Shown here: positions 25,871 to 39,135 of the stretch, one piece after another
Numbering within the stretch: the first letter of the stretch is position 1
How the letters are laid out: the number at the start of each line of letters is the position of its first letter
DNA from: Anolis carolinensis
Taxonomy: Eukaryota
DNA length: 64,000 nt
NCBI RefSeq assembly: GCF_035594765.1
Contig: NC_085843.1
Coordinates: 264,407,971 to 264,471,970 of the forward strand
Direction of reading: 5' to 3'
Translations under genes and position numbers: made by a program
The notes under the pieces: generated by a model
Database searches by the model: none
What the model was told of the DNA's origin: nothing
Seen by the model: the letters and a program-made list of their open reading frames with translations, nothing else

Positions 25871-28800
25871 TTCAAAGGTTAATTATTTTACTTTCATCCT
25901 CCCATGATGGAGATCAATGATCTAAGAATACAGTGTTTAGAAAACATTTAATCTGATCCTTAGTAGATGTAGAGTTCATTGAATTAATTAAATTTGCTTA
26001 TGCTTTGAACTGACATTTAATGATTACTTCAATGGGGCTACTCTAGTTGGTGCTAATAAATAGGTTTTAGACCATTGATTATACATGTCCTTTTTCCAAA
26101 ATATATTTCATGGTACTTGTATCTCCCCAACTATAATTAAACGGAAAACTTTATATAATTTCAGAACTGAACTTTAGGGGAGATACAATCTTTTACATGT
26201 ATTTTCTTTTCTAAAGCAGTGCTACAATATGTTGACAGTAAAATAAATAGGGAGATGTCTGGTGCAATCATCAAAATTACTGACAAAGCTTGTTTTTCTT
26301 CTGCATTACATGTCTCCAGCCCTGTTTGTTTTGTAATTATTTTTCTGGAATATCTGTTTGGATTTCTGAGCTATGAGAATCAGTAGACATTTCTGCCCAG
26401 ATAATTTTATTTGTTATTTCTAATTTTCTTGTAAGTTGTCAAAAATGTTTGTTCATATCCCCCCATTTTCCTTGACTGAAATATTCCCCAAGTGCACCTT
26501 ATTATTTGCTCAAACTGAGTGATAGCCAGTCCTGCTTCAGCACACCCAGGTCTCTGGAGTCTTCTGCACACAGACTGACATTTTGCTTAAGTTTCACAAG
26601 TCTGAGACCAAGATGTTAATTCACAAACTATTCTGACAGAAATCTAAGAAATCTTTAAGGACCTAATCTCATGAGTGGAGGGAAAACAGAAGGGATCATC
26701 TTACTTTGTTCCCTCCTATCAAGGTCCATCTTCTAGGAAAGCCAGCCATTCCATGTCCTTTTCCGTCGAGGTCCATCTTTCTTGTTTTTCTCTATTTGCA
26801 GTTGGGCAGCACCTGACTTCTCAAAATGCATTGTGGGTACAGTTTCCATGTGCTGTGGAAACAGAGTCCCATGGAGTCCTACTGGAAATGCCCTTATGTC
26901 ATGTGATGGCCTCTGTGGGACTCAGTTTCTATAATGTATGGAAATGGAGCCCAGAATGTGTGAGATGAGGTCTCTAGTTGAAGTTTTCAACTTTTGACTG
27001 CCTTATCTAATTTAGATGCATTAATGTATGGTTTAAAGTAAGCCTTACTGTCAGGAGCTGATTTTGATGTTCTGAAAGTCACCATAAATCTTCTTCCTGA
27101 AATCTCAGGATCAGCAGGGGGTGCCGGTAGAACGTTTTCAAAAGCAGATGAATGGACTGGTCTTTCTCCTGTGAAAAAAGACTGATAAGACTAATAAGGG
27201 GTTTTAGAGGTGGCGTCAGGCTGCGAGGAAAGGAGGGGGCTGATGGAAAATCACCATTAGCATTTTTTTTCTTGAGCTGTAGAGATCTTCTGAGTAATAA
27301 AAGCCAAATCCAAAAAGCTTTTGTGAGTGGCCTGCATTGCTATCTAGATCCTTCAGCAGTGACACTAGCAACCACTAATCTAATCCTTTTCCTGCTCAGT
27401 GACAACTAATGAAATCTGCATCAGAATTCACTGATGCTGGAATTCTCTGGTTCTTGTGAGGCCAGCTAATCTTGTAACAATATAATCTGTGACTAGTTGG
27501 AAAGGATCCACTGCATTTGAAATGTATGGAAGTATGTATACATATGACAGATGTCCACCTAGCCTCTGGAGTTGTCCACTCATGTCTGAATGGGAGAGGT
27601 GGTGAATGTTTTTTGTTTTTCTGGTTCTGATTGTGATCCAAGAGCTGTCAGTGAGAAAATGACAAAAATCGCTCTGAGTTTATAATGAGATAATCTAGAT
27701 CTGATGCAGATATTGTTAGATTAATACCTGCCAACACTTCACAGCTGAAACTCAGGTCAAGCAACATCAGAATGTGGTCATGAATGTGAAAATTATTAAT
27801 GAAGAAGAACAAACAAGCTTGGAGAGGTATCAGTAGTTTGATTTTGCTGGGACGGTCAAGATTCATCTTCCCCTTCTCTTCTCTGTTTCCCTTTGAATTC
27901 CATTTGCAACAAACAGAAGTTGAAAACAAAGGGGAAATGTGGGGCAAAGAGAGTGAAACTGGCACATTTAAAAGCAGCTGAAAAGTGGGAAAGCAAAAGA
28001 TTAATTGAACTCTCTCTGCCAAATTGGTACAGGTGGAAGGTATGTTAGGCTGCAAATCCTAGCAGCTCTAGCAAACATACAATTCACAATCATTCCCTAT
28101 TTTCTCTTTTCTGTGAAGGTAATTCTGACTTTTAGAAACAAAGCTGTATGAGGTTGTTAAGGTTAAACTACAGTTGAGATTGGAATTTTATTTGTTGGGA
28201 ATATTAGACAACCATCTAGAAAAAAATGCTACAATATATGATAACTGCCACAACATTTGTATATATTCAGAGATGGAAGGTATCAGTTAATCCAGGGAGA
28301 AAAGACTCATTTTAATTGAAGGTCACATCAGCCTTATGTTTGCCTTCAAAAAGCTAACTTCGATCCCAGCCAATTGAATATTTTTTCATAGTGGCTGATG
28401 CTCTTCAGTTTTTAGTTTTTACCCCATTTGGGTTTAAAAAGAGTGCAGTTTGTCTGTTTAGTCAGGATAGTGGGGTTTGAATTTAGACACAAGGCTTATA
28501 GATATGATATCTTACTTTAAAATGTCATTTAACATTTATCCAACTTCAGAGCCACAAGCGCTATTGTATTGTAATTCCCATTATGCCCAGTTCACATGGT
28601 GTATAATCAAAAGGAAAATAAACTAAGCTCTAACCACTGAACTCTCTCTCTGGGGGGGAATCCCTACTGGGGGAAAAAGATATTGGTGGGCACCGAATCA
28701 TATCATTACTGAGCTGGAAATAGCTTTCCCTCAACTTTTCATATATAAAACCAGTTTCAGCTAATGGAAACATAACAAACTAATGCCCACCCTATTGTTT

Positions 28801-31149
28801 CTGAATTACCAGCTTGAATGCATTTGTATCACCAAAGTCCCTTCTTGCTGCACATTCCTATACAGAAATGGAACTCTATTCTGCAACTTCAATCATGTTG
28901 AACAAAATATATTGATTTCTCCTCTTTTCTAACTGTGTATAGCACTAATGCCAATAAAACCTTAATAAAATGAAGCTGAACCTTATGACCTTTTTCCTTT
29001 CCAGTAATGCAAAACTCGGCAGAAAGCAAATTCTAATCAGTAGAAATGCGTCAAAAGAATAGTTTTGACAAAGTTCAGCTTGTACTCTCAGCAAAACATG
29101 AAGTTATGTGGATTTAAAACAAAGACAGACGTTGGGAATATGTTCGCGTATACACAGGCATTATATACCTGGTCAGAATGTTAATGAAGCTTGGCTTGCA
29201 TTACAAGTCTGCACAATGTAACTCCCACAAGCCAGGTACAATCAAACAGTCCTGTATTGCAACTTTATTTCTGTAGTTTCTGGCAGGTGGCAAATTTAGG
29301 AGATACATTGAGTCTTTCATGTGCTTCTTAATACTGTTTCTCCTTCTGGCAGTTTCCAAGCACTAAGTTGCCCACCTGCAGGGATTTTCTCCATGGAGGA
29401 GCTGTCTAGATACCATCAGACAGATCACATTTCAAGTCAGGCTTCATCAGTAAGCAGCTTCAGAGGATCTGGAGTTCTCACGTCACAGCTGGTGCACTAA
29501 CCTGGAACTAAGGAATCAAAACAAGTGGACATCTCACCCATCTGTTCCTGCTTTAAACCCACTATGAGGTTATGCCCCGAGGCTACAGTCCAGAACACAA
29601 TGATCTGGAAGCTGTTTCTACTGCCTTTCAAGTAAAATTAGTTAGAAGCAGGGATTGGAAGGATAATACTGAATTTGGATGGGGTGGTGTGAAGTTTGGG
29701 GTTTTTTTTGGCAGTTATTTGTGCAAAGAAAGCACATTTTATTTATCTAGGCATGCACACACATACATACATACACACCCAAAATGGGCAAATTGATTAT
29801 TTACAATTATTTTGCAGATTTCCTTAGAATAGAAGCTGAGAAATTCAAGTCTGACAAATGTGCCTGGCAGGAAAGAGAGAACATTTGGCACATGCATCCA
29901 AGGCAAAAATGTGATCAAAATATTCCTTGGCAACTTTAAAGAGTGTCTGCGAAAGACAGATTTATTTGCAGCCTTGGGAATTATTGTACTGCATTATATT
30001 CACTGGCAGAAGGTGAACGTTCATTCACTAAGGTGACACAAGTCTGGCTGTGATAGGCGTAGCTCTGAAGATCCACCAAACCTTGGGGCAGATGCCCATG
30101 ATAATCTTTCCCCATGATTTGCATAATTAGAAAAGTGAAACATACCAACAAACAAGCTAATTAAAAACCATATTTACACTTATGTAAAAGTAGTAAGGAG
30201 AAAATTATCTTCCTTTTTTAAAGGTATGACTGAGTTAGTAGAAACACACTGCATTTCAACACAAAAGGAAGTGAATATCAAACCAGGGAATAGTGAATAA
30301 AATATGGATTTTTAGATCAAGTTGACTGAATGTGTTAGCCTCATGTAGTTGCTGTTAAACTCATCTGTATTTAATGGAAGAAAAAGAACCTGATTTCCAT
30401 TGTCAGAATGCTGAACAACTACAGTTATAATATTAAGGTATGTTGGTGAAACTAATCAGTTCTTACCTGATTTTATGTTAGAGCCAGATAAAACATGGAG
30501 AGAATGCCCATGGTATCTGGTAGCTTCTGTCTTAGGACTTCATTCCACTATTGGGGGAAGCAGGAGGAAACCTTTTCACATGGTGTTTCATTTTTCTTCA
30601 TACTACAAGGAACTGGAGAATTTACTAACCCCATCACACATATTTGCCTCCTCTTTTTGTAGTGCAATCATCTGTTTATTGTGCCACCACAAAGAATAAT
30701 ATAGAGTCCTCTCACTGTGGTTGGATTTGAGCTATTTGCTAAGAGCACAGGTTGAGATCTGGGGTCCGGCATGCTCAGCTACACCAATGACCGAATTAAG
30801 ACACAAATTGGGTGACAACAAAGATCCAACATGAAGCATGTAGCAGAGTACAGGACACTGTATTCACTTTGACAGTCATTCAAAATACTCATGCCCTACC
30901 CTGATGGACTGAAAAGCTGGCTCGGCTAGGATCCAGGCATTTACTGGTTGGGAATTCCTCCTGATGTCACTGGTTGAGGTTTCCTCCATGGTAGGAAAAA
31001 TAAACAGCTGTCATTCATGGTTTTGAAGACTCAGTCAGTTGAAAAGTCCACCCTGAGAAAGATACAGATCTTTGGAATTCAATATACCAATATGCAAAGC
31101 AGTTAGTGATGAGATTAATTGCCCAATCCAGTTTTCACAAAGGGTGAGC

Positions 31150-31545
31150 TCCAGAGAACACAATGGGTTTTAATGTAACTATAAACAGTTCAATGAAAAG
31201 TAAACAGAGTGATGGGGCTGCTGCTCAACAAGCATGCTGAAATGCTAACAGATCACATTGAAAAGGCAGAATTGCTCATTACCTATTTTACCTTGATTTT
31301 TTCCCCAAAAAGGGGGCTGTGTGTTTCCATACACCAATAGAGACTTTGGCAAGGAATCCAGATTGCAAATCAAGATTGATAAGGAGTTAGCCAGGAATCA
31401 CTTAGTTAATCTAAAGACTTTTTAGTGCAATGAGTTGTACAACCAGTGTTCACTAGGTTTTGCAGATTTCAGCCCTCTCCCTGGAATATAAGAGGTGAAC
31501 CACACTGACCCGTGGGTACTTAAAATACATGGTTGATGAGATAAA
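31150..31545 (+). mobile_element. Old CR1 ORF2 fragment
   Basis: Conceptual translation EMLTDHIEKAELLITYF, followed by a PxVLK-like motif, matches the CR1 tether region. Confidence 0.6.
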
Positions 31546-32751
31546 TTTAGTTTGCACCTTCTTGCATCAATCATGATGCCTATCTAGGTCTTGTTTACAG
31601 AGAAGCAAAGGTGAAACAGCTCCCTCAATGTAAAAAAAGAAAAGAAAAGGGTGAGGGTTGTATCTTTGAATGATTTGGGCATCTTCAGGAGTTTCACACA
31701 AAGGAATATGTACCTGTACAGTATGGCCCCCCATATTTGTGAGATAAGTATCTATTGTTTCATTTATCCATGTTTGACAAAGCAAGTCATTGCCAGGCAT
31801 TTTCTAGATACTTCTGCATTACTCTTTCATATTTTTGGGTCAGAAGTCCTGCAACAGTTTCCCCATGGATAGGGGGTCATATTGTATTGTCATCTATGAT
31901 AATGAATGCACTTGTTTCCACCTATAAAGTGTTGGGTTTAGGCAAGCCCTTTCTTTCCCCCATAACTCTTTCATATGTATGCCTTTCTACAAATGCACAT
32001 CAAACTCTAAGCCAAAATAAAACTTCCTTGTTTTATTTCTGCAATCAGAAAACCTCCAGGATAAAACTCCTTTTACATAATTTTAAAGAACTTACTGGGG
32101 CCAATTATACACCATAAAATTCATCACCAAAGTATTAACAGTCAGTAATAATGAATTTGACAATACTAAGAAGTTCAGTTTAGAAATTAGGCTTGTCATC
32201 TTAAAAAAAACACTGTAGCCCTTTTTTTCAGTGACACTATGAGATGGTCCTGCTTTGATATTATGTCAAAGTACTGTGGAGCAGTAAAAGGTTTGAAGTA
32301 TTTTTGGTTTGTTTTTGTTTTTGACTGTTGCTGCAGCTGTTCCAAGCAGCTCCAGCTCTGTATAAAATCATTTCAAAGATTTGGCCTCCTACTGAGAAAC
32401 ATTGGTACAGCCAATCACTCTCAATCAATCCTTTTTAATAATTTCTCACTAGTTCCTATTATCACTAATAGCAAGGATGTCTCAAGGCACTATCTGAACA
32501 CTGAAGACTGGATTAGCTGAAAGAATTGGGCTTTTTTTTGAAAGAGAACATGAAGGACAAAAAAATTTAAAGGAACTAGGTTTTTCAGAATATAGAAGGA
32601 AACAAAACAGAAGAGAGAGAGAAGAAAATAAATTTCTTTCCTTCCTACCCCCCCCCCCCCCCCAAGAAGTTACAGAGGACTTTTCTCCAAAAATTAAAAC
32701 TTAATAACTTCAGTCACTCAGTTTTGATTCTCTTACAAGAAGTTATAGCTA

Positions 32752-33165
32752 CTGTATATACTCGAGTATAAGCCAATCTGAATATAAGCCGAGGTACCTA
32801 ATTTTACCACCAAAACACTGGAAAAACGTATTGTCTTGAGTATAAGATGAGGGTGGGAAATGCAGCAGCTACTGGTAAATTTCAAAAATAAAAATAGATA
32901 CCAATAAAATTATATTAATTGAGGCATCAGTAGGTTAAATGTTTTTGAATACTTAAATAAAACTATAACTTAAGTTAATAATAAGACTTTAATAAGATAA
33001 GACTGTCCAACCCTGACTACCTGTATAAGCCAACCCGAATATAAGCCGGACAGGACCTTCACTCAAGTATAAGCTGAGGGGGGCTTTTTCAGCCTTAAAA
33101 GGCTGAGGGGGGCTTTTTCAGCCTTAAAAGGCTGAAAAACTCAGCTTATACTTGAGTATATACGG
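32752..33165. mobile_element. Tc1/mariner (pogo/Tc2-like) MITE
   Basis: 22-bp TIR C(T/C)GTATATACTC(G/A)AGTATAAGC with TA TSDs. Internal TATAAGCC repeats and a ~29-bp tandem duplication at ~33073-33130. Confidence 0.92.
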
Positions 33166-34922
33166 TAATATGCTGGCTGCAAATTCTATACACTGTCGCC
33201 ATCATGCACTGAGTTATTGCCTTATACCAAGGTATATTCAATGTTCTGTCTTCTATGACTGGAAAGTATGGCCCATAAGGATTTTCTGCTAATACAAAAT
33301 ATACTGTACATGCTACCTAAGTGCATAAAAGTAGGAATCAAATCTGTAGCCAATCAGAAATCCAGTGAAACCTCTATCGTTGTTTGCCATGACTTGAATG
33401 GAGACCCTGGTTGGCTAGGACAAAGTTTAGAAACATTACTTTTTCAAGCTACAATTTCATAATCATCCAGCTGGTAGGGTTTTTGGGGAACTGTGATTTA
33501 AAAAAGGATCTGGGCTGAGTTTCCATTATGTTGAAAAAAAATCTATAAGTCATAGGGCCCTTGTGGCATATGCATGGACACCAGAGGATCAATGGGTGTT
33601 TGTGGGAATCAATATTCTTGTGTCTAACATATTTAGAAAGAGACATACATGATTCTGGCTAACTCATGTTTAACCTTGAGAATCAATTGTATGAGGGGCG
33701 ATATAGAAAGGGTTTTTATAATAGGTTTATGGTACTTCTGAATTTCAAATTTTGCTATCTATCTACTTCAGATTGTATGCTACTGTTCGAGACTTGTTCT
33801 TCCAACATATTAAAATGTAAAACTACGTATAGCATACCGCAATTCATAAAAACATTAGTACCAAATAAAGAGAGCAGTGAAAAGTAGTTAGGAATAGCAC
33901 GGGAGGAAGAAGCTCTTCAGTGCCTACAAGCCAAGCTATGTTACCCAGGAGCTGCTTTTTCTGCATGGGTTTACCTCTCCTATGAGCTTATTGAATGGCT
34001 GCCAGCTGCCTCTTAGCAGACTCAGGCCCATAAGTGTTCTTCCGCATCGAGCTGTGTCCTTTTGGGAGCTGGGGTACAAAAAGCAGGCCAGAATTGTTCC
34101 AACACCTTCTGCAAGGAAACTCCAGGAAATGTCTTTTGTCAGCTTGTTAAAGATCCTTGCTTTCATTAGTAGTGATATCAATGTCCTACACTTTTCTTCA
34201 AAGCATATTTGTTTTCCTTTTTTTGCTTTATTTATTCTTTTATTCATAACTCATTTTTCAATGTTCTGGTTTTTTTAATAGCTTTTGTTTTTTCCTGTTT
34301 CTTCTAATTTGATTTTTCTCCACTGTCTATCTGCTTTCTTCTCAGCTACTCTTTTCATGCTCCTTATGGTACTGCAGCTTGCTCCTTAGGTTGCTATTAG
34401 GCTTGATCGATCCACGAAAAATTTGATTCTAAACTCGTTTCAAAACTAGAGGGGGGCAGCTTTTCGTTTCTGATGGTATTTCCGAATTTGGCCCCCCAAA
34501 AAATTCGAAATTAACGAAAATTCGTTATTTTCTAAATTAATTCGTTAATGGCGGACGCGCATGCGCAATTCCCAAAAACAGCACAGAGGGAGAGGACTTT
34601 ACAGGACTCTCCCACCCTCATTTTTGAGTCATCTTCTTCCAACTTGGTACAGTGGTAGAACACATTTAACACTGATAGCTCACCAAAATTTGGAACGTTT
34701 CCCTTATCCTCTGATTTTTGGCGAATTTTCATAGCTTTTATAATAAACCATTTTTTAATAATTGCAGAAATCTGTTCCTGGTTTGAAAGTCTTATTTCCT
34801 GTTAAATTGGGTTGTCTTTACTGTGAAAGTCATTGTTCTACTTCAGAAACTTTGTTTTTGTGGCTGAAACTTTGTTAAATTGGTGTGTGTGTGATATATA
34901 CTGTGTATATAGTCCCTGCATA

Positions 34923-34923
<1 letters not shown>

Positions 34924-34960
<37 letters not shown>
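34924..34960. repeat. (TG)n microsatellite
   Basis: Read directly from the sequence. Confidence 0.97.
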
Positions 34961-34962
<2 letters not shown>

Positions 34963-34963
<1 letters not shown>

Positions 34964-35292
34964 GGTAAAGGTAAAGGTATCCCTTGACGTTAAGTTCAGT
35001 CATGTCTGACTCTGGGGGTTGGTGCTCATCTCCATTTCTAAGCCCAAGAGCCAGTGTTGTCCATAGACACCTCCAAGGTCATGTGGCCGGCATGACTAAA
35101 TGGAGTGTCATTACCTTCCCGCCAGAGCGGTACCTATTGATCTACTCACATTGGCATGTTTTCAAGCTGCTAGGTTGGCAGAAGCTGGAGCTAACAGCGG
35201 GCACTCACTCTGCTCCCGGGATTTGAACCTGGGACCTTTCGGTCTGCAAGTTCAGCAGCTCAGTGCTTTAACACACTTCACCATCAGGGCTC
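34963..35292 (-). mobile_element. Sauria SINE
   Basis: (ACCTTT)n tail seen as AGGTAAAGGTAAAGGT; tRNA-like head with B box GGTTCAAATCC on the minus strand. Highly similar to 46453-46772. Confidence 0.92.
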
Positions 35293-35402
35293 ATGTATAT
35301 ATAATATACATACACATACACACAATGTGGAGAATATGTGGAAAGGTAGATAGATAGATAAGTTGGGAGCCACAGCGAAGGCACCTTCCTGGGAGCAAGG
35401 TC

Positions 35403-35450
<48 letters not shown>
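35403..35450. repeat. (AAT)n microsatellite
   Basis: Read directly from the sequence. Confidence 0.97.
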
Positions 35451-35452
<2 letters not shown>

Positions 35453-35574
35453 CCCTTACAATATCCAAGATGGGTACCATTATTGGCAGAGAAAGCCAAG
35501 CTGTAGGAGTTGAAATCCAATCATTTATCCTCCCTATAGAATCAATTTTATATGCATTTTTAGCTACAGAAAAG

Positions 35575-35835
35575 CTAAAATCAGGACAGTAAAAGAACAA
35601 CACCCAGAAAATGGGAATTCCAGACAGGAAACAATCAGGGCCAGCTAATACCTCCCAACAAAGGATTCCCCCAGGTAGGAAGCAGCCAGGCTTTGAAGCT
35701 GCAAGGCTATTCAATGCTAATCAAGGTGACCAATTGCAACATTCACACTTGCCTCCCACAGACAAGAGTTCTTTCTCCCACCCTGGACCTTCCACAGATA
35801 TATAAACCCCACTTGCCTAGCTTCGCACAGACGTC
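35575..35835 (+). mobile_element. Penelope (Poseidon-type) 3' repeat fragment inside hAT copy 2
   Basis: AATCAGGACAGTAAA...GGAATTCCAGACAGGAAACAATCAGGGCCAGCTAA...ACAGATATATAAACC, recognised from memory as the lizard Penelope pLTR. Breaks off before the hammerhead. Confidence 0.7.
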
Positions 35836-36060
35836 AAAACCTCACCGCCGGGCCCCTCTCTGTCTCTCTCGGTCTCTCCATTCCCGGCTCCATCCGCCGC
35901 CTTCCCACCTCACAGAGAGACACCAGGCCTGAGCTGAGGCGAGGCAGCGGCGGCGGCGGCCATTTCCCCCCTCCGTCTTCCTCCTCCTCCTCGGCCTCCT
36001 TCCCCCTCGCCCCCTCCCATTGGCTGAGCCCGTGACGCCCCTTTTGCTGAGGGGCAAAAG
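35836..36060 (-). promoter_or_regulatory. CpG-island-like promoter/first-exon fragment inside hAT copy 2
   Basis: Abruptly GC/CpG-rich. Minus-strand order: CGTCA half-CRE (36033-36037), CCAAT (36019-36023), G-rich boxes, AAATGGCCGCC (YY1-like, ATG at 35961-35963), splice donor GAG|GTGGGA at 35909/35908. Confidence 0.55.
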
Positions 36061-36555
36061 GAAAGGGCCTGAATGGTGGGAGTTTGGGTGATTTGCAAAA
36101 GCTTTTTTTTCCTAACGAAAAAAACGACGACATAACGAAAAACGGCCTCTCGCAATTCGAAACCGCGATATCCAGACGTGTGGACAACCAATGCTTCAAA
36201 ATTGCTTCAAAACAAACGAAAATAACGAATTAATAACGGTTAACGGGGAAAACGAATTATTTGAGCAAGCCTAGTTGCTATTGTTCATGATTTATTTGTC
36301 TCCATATCTTTTCACTTTCTTGTTCTCACTGAAACCTATGACACTACTACTTCAGCTGCTCTCTCCTTCAGGGGACTTTCCTTTTCTCATTCAAGTCCTC
36401 AAGAGGAAGTGACTCTTTTGTTATCTAGCTTCTTCCATTTTCTGGTGTTTTTACTTTTCTTCCAACTCATTGTTTTTTTGAGGCCCATGCAGTGACTCCC
36501 CTAGGGGAGGTAGGGAGACAAATAAAGTATTATTATTATTGCTATTATTATTATT

Positions 36556-36947
36556 TTATTATGACACAGCAAACAAGACAGATTTGCTGGATTTCGTATC
36601 ACAAAATCACAAGTCGAACACTTCCCAAGTGTCTAGGACTGTGTGATGTATTTTCAGATGATGGGTGCAGATCCCAGTAGGGTCGCCTTTTGCAGTTGGC
36701 AGATTGTAATTTTGTCAATGTCTATTGTTTCCAAATGCCGGCTGAGATCTTTTGGCATGGCACCCAGTGTACCCATCACCACCGGGACCACCTGCATTGG
36801 TTTCTGCCAGAGTCTTTGAAGTTCAATCTTGAGGTCCTGATAGCGGCTGAGTTTTTCCTGTTGTTTTTCATCAATGTGACTGTCACCTGGGATGGCAACA
36901 TCAATGATCCAAACCTTTTTCCTTTCCACAACTGTGATGTCTGTTGT
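36556..36947 (-). mobile_element. R4/Dong-clade retrotransposon 3' part running into the gap
   Basis: IIDVAIPGD...EKLSRYQDLKIELQRLW...VVPVVMGTLG (RLE endonuclease). The 3' end abuts (TAA)n at 36528-36553. Confidence 0.9.
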
Positions 36948-37093
36948 NNNNNNNNNNNNNNNNNNNNNNNNNNNNNNNNNNNNNNNNNNNNNNNNNNNNN
37001 NNNNNNNNNNNNNNNNNNNNNNNNNNNNNNNNNNNNNNNNNNNNNNNNNNNNNNNNNNNNNNNNNNNNNNNNNNNNNNNNNNNNNNNNNNNNN
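36948..37093. other. Assembly gap (146 N)
   Basis: Run of N. Confidence 1.
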
Positions 37094-38467
37094 GATTGTC
37101 ATCATTTATTTACTGCCTCGCCCATTTCAACCTTTATTTTTGATTTTGATTTTAATTCTTGGTTGACTTTGTTTCTCTTAGGTGGTATTCTCAATCTTAT
37201 TATGAGTGGTTTTAAAAGCCACGTGGATGATTCAAGAATTCTGCTGCATTACATTTTCTTTCTTTATTGTTCTTCTTTTGGGCTTAAGATTTGTTTTGAC
37301 TCACCTACCCTTGGTATTATCTTGATCTTCTTCTTATTCAAAAATGTTCTGTCTTCTGATTTTCAGAAAGTGAATTTCCTTTGTCTGATGATCATCTTGT
37401 TTCCTTTGGGCTAGTTTATAATCCATCTCTTCAGTATTCTTTTGTTCTCTTCTTTCAAAAGATTTCTTCAGTTCATGCGGCGTCCTCTTCATAAGCAATG
37501 GTCTCTGTTGTCTTTGAATTCTGTTGCTTGCTTAGATTCATTTATTTCTGTAGCTGGACTTTGTCTTCAACCTTTAATACTTTTGTCAACATATAAGGTC
37601 CTTGCCACCAAACCTCAGCCTTGGCTTGTTCCCTTTATTCAGTATCTTCATTCCTGTGCACACACAGCTAAAGATTTGTGGAGGATTACTAGGAAATAGG
37701 TAGACCGCACTTATTATAAATTCATTTTTCTGTTTATTTGCTTCATTTTCAAGCAAACATAAATACTATATATCATTGATTCATACTACCGTGTAGCATC
37801 TGCAGCATCTTTTTGGTCGCTACAGATGATTTTTCTACTTTAATATTAAAATTGAAAGTCATATTGGTGTTTTTCTTTATAATATTGGCAAAATCTGACC
37901 TTTCCTATCTGTTTCCTCTGCTAAGGCCTTATCTCCTGCCCTTGTTATTTCCTACCCTAATTACCACAATCTTCTTTTGTCTGGTTTTCCGTTATCTTAG
38001 TCCTCTGGTTTTTATTCAACATTCTCTTGTTAAGATTATCTTTTTGGCCCATTGTTTTAATCATGTTACCCCTTTTAGGTATCACTTCATCGATTGCCTG
38101 ATCCATTTAGGATTGCCTTTCTGAATATTTGTGGCCTTGTTCCTCCCTCATTGCTTTTAAATCTCTGTTGAATACTTGTTTTCTAAAGCTATTAGAGGTT
38201 TTTTTTTAATATTGTGTCATCATCTTGCATATCTTGATATCTATTTGTCAATTTATGTTATTCTTTTGTATGATACCTTGATTATTTGTTTTACAAATGA
38301 CATGTATGCATTGTTATGTTTTTAAAAAAATATTTTCCCCTGTTTACAGACATGCACATTATATATATTAAATTATATGGCTTTGTCAGGGCAAGTTGTT
38401 TTCTAGTTTGTTTGGTTTCTTTACTTGCAAAATGTCATTGTTGTTGTTGTCGTTGTTGTTGTTATTG

Positions 38468-38853
38468 TTCTCAGTGGTGGCTCCTTGGCTGTGGAACTCC
38501 CTCCCTAGTGACATCAGGCAGGCTTCCATTCCTTCTGGTTTTTAGAAAAAAGCTGAAGACATGGTTCTGTGCACAAGTGTTTAAAGAATAAGTTTCTATG
38601 GCTTTGACACGGTCTGGATTAAAGATTATGATAAAAGTTTTTGGATGAATGGAACTATGCACTTTATATGCTTTTAAATTTTGTATACTGTTTTATGTGT
38701 ATTATTGCTTAATGTTAATCATTTTAACTGTTTTTACATTTTTATTGTTATTGTTGGATTTTTCCAGCATTGAATTTTTGCCAGACTTGTAAGCCACCTT
38801 GAGTCCCTTTGGATGAGAAAGGCAGGGTACAAATGAAGTAAATAAATAAATAA
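38468..38853 (+). mobile_element. L2 LINE 3' end
   Basis: FSVVAPWLWNSLPSDIR...FRKKLKTW, L2 tail stem, then (TAAA)n. Confidence 0.9.
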
Positions 38854-38854
38854 G

Positions 38855-39135
38855 TTGTTATTGTTGTATGCCTTCCAGTCATTTCTTACTTATGGCATCC
38901 TTAGGGAACCATATCATGCGTTTTTTTTGGACAAGTTTTGTTTAAAGGGGGAGGGGGGTTGCCTTTGTAATTGCATTATTCTGAGGCTGACAGAATGCAA
39001 TTTGCCCAAAGTTACCCAATGGATGTCCATGGTGCAGTGGAGATTCGAACCCTGGCCTCCTGAGTCCCCTCGGGGAGAAGGGTGGGGTAGAAATATTGGA
39101 AATAAATAATCCAATGCTAAACCACTCCGCCACAA
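38855..39135 (-). mobile_element. MIR/CORE-like SINE with a short L2-tail insertion (~39061-39108)
   Basis: B box GGTTCGAATCT on the minus strand, CORE motif, internal TGAGTCCCCTCGGGGAGAAGGGTGGGGTAGAAAT..AAATAAATAA. Confidence 0.7.

Larger units (their letters stand above)
34398..36273. mobile_element. Composite non-autonomous hAT DNA transposon (copy 2)
   Basis: Ends TAGGCTTGATC / GAGCAAGCCTA. Perfect 8-bp TSD GTTGCTAT at 34390-34397 and 36274-36281. AACGAA subterminal repeats with CpGs retained. Confidence 0.92.
34360..38330 (+). mobile_element. Old, very T-rich L2 LINE interrupted by hAT copy 2, an R4 element and a gap
   Basis: Joining across the GTTGCTAT TSD restores an APE N-terminus-like reading (..VHDLFVSISFHFLVLTET). 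Degenerate continuation after 37094. Boundaries approximate. Confidence 0.55.

Noticed and set aside
35834-36199. GC-rich ORFs of 71-121 aa as a host coding gene
   Set aside because: They begin in the transposon right arm and are low-complexity read-throughs of GC-rich sequence.
36690-37414. Long ORFs containing X runs
   Set aside because: Artefacts of the N gap.
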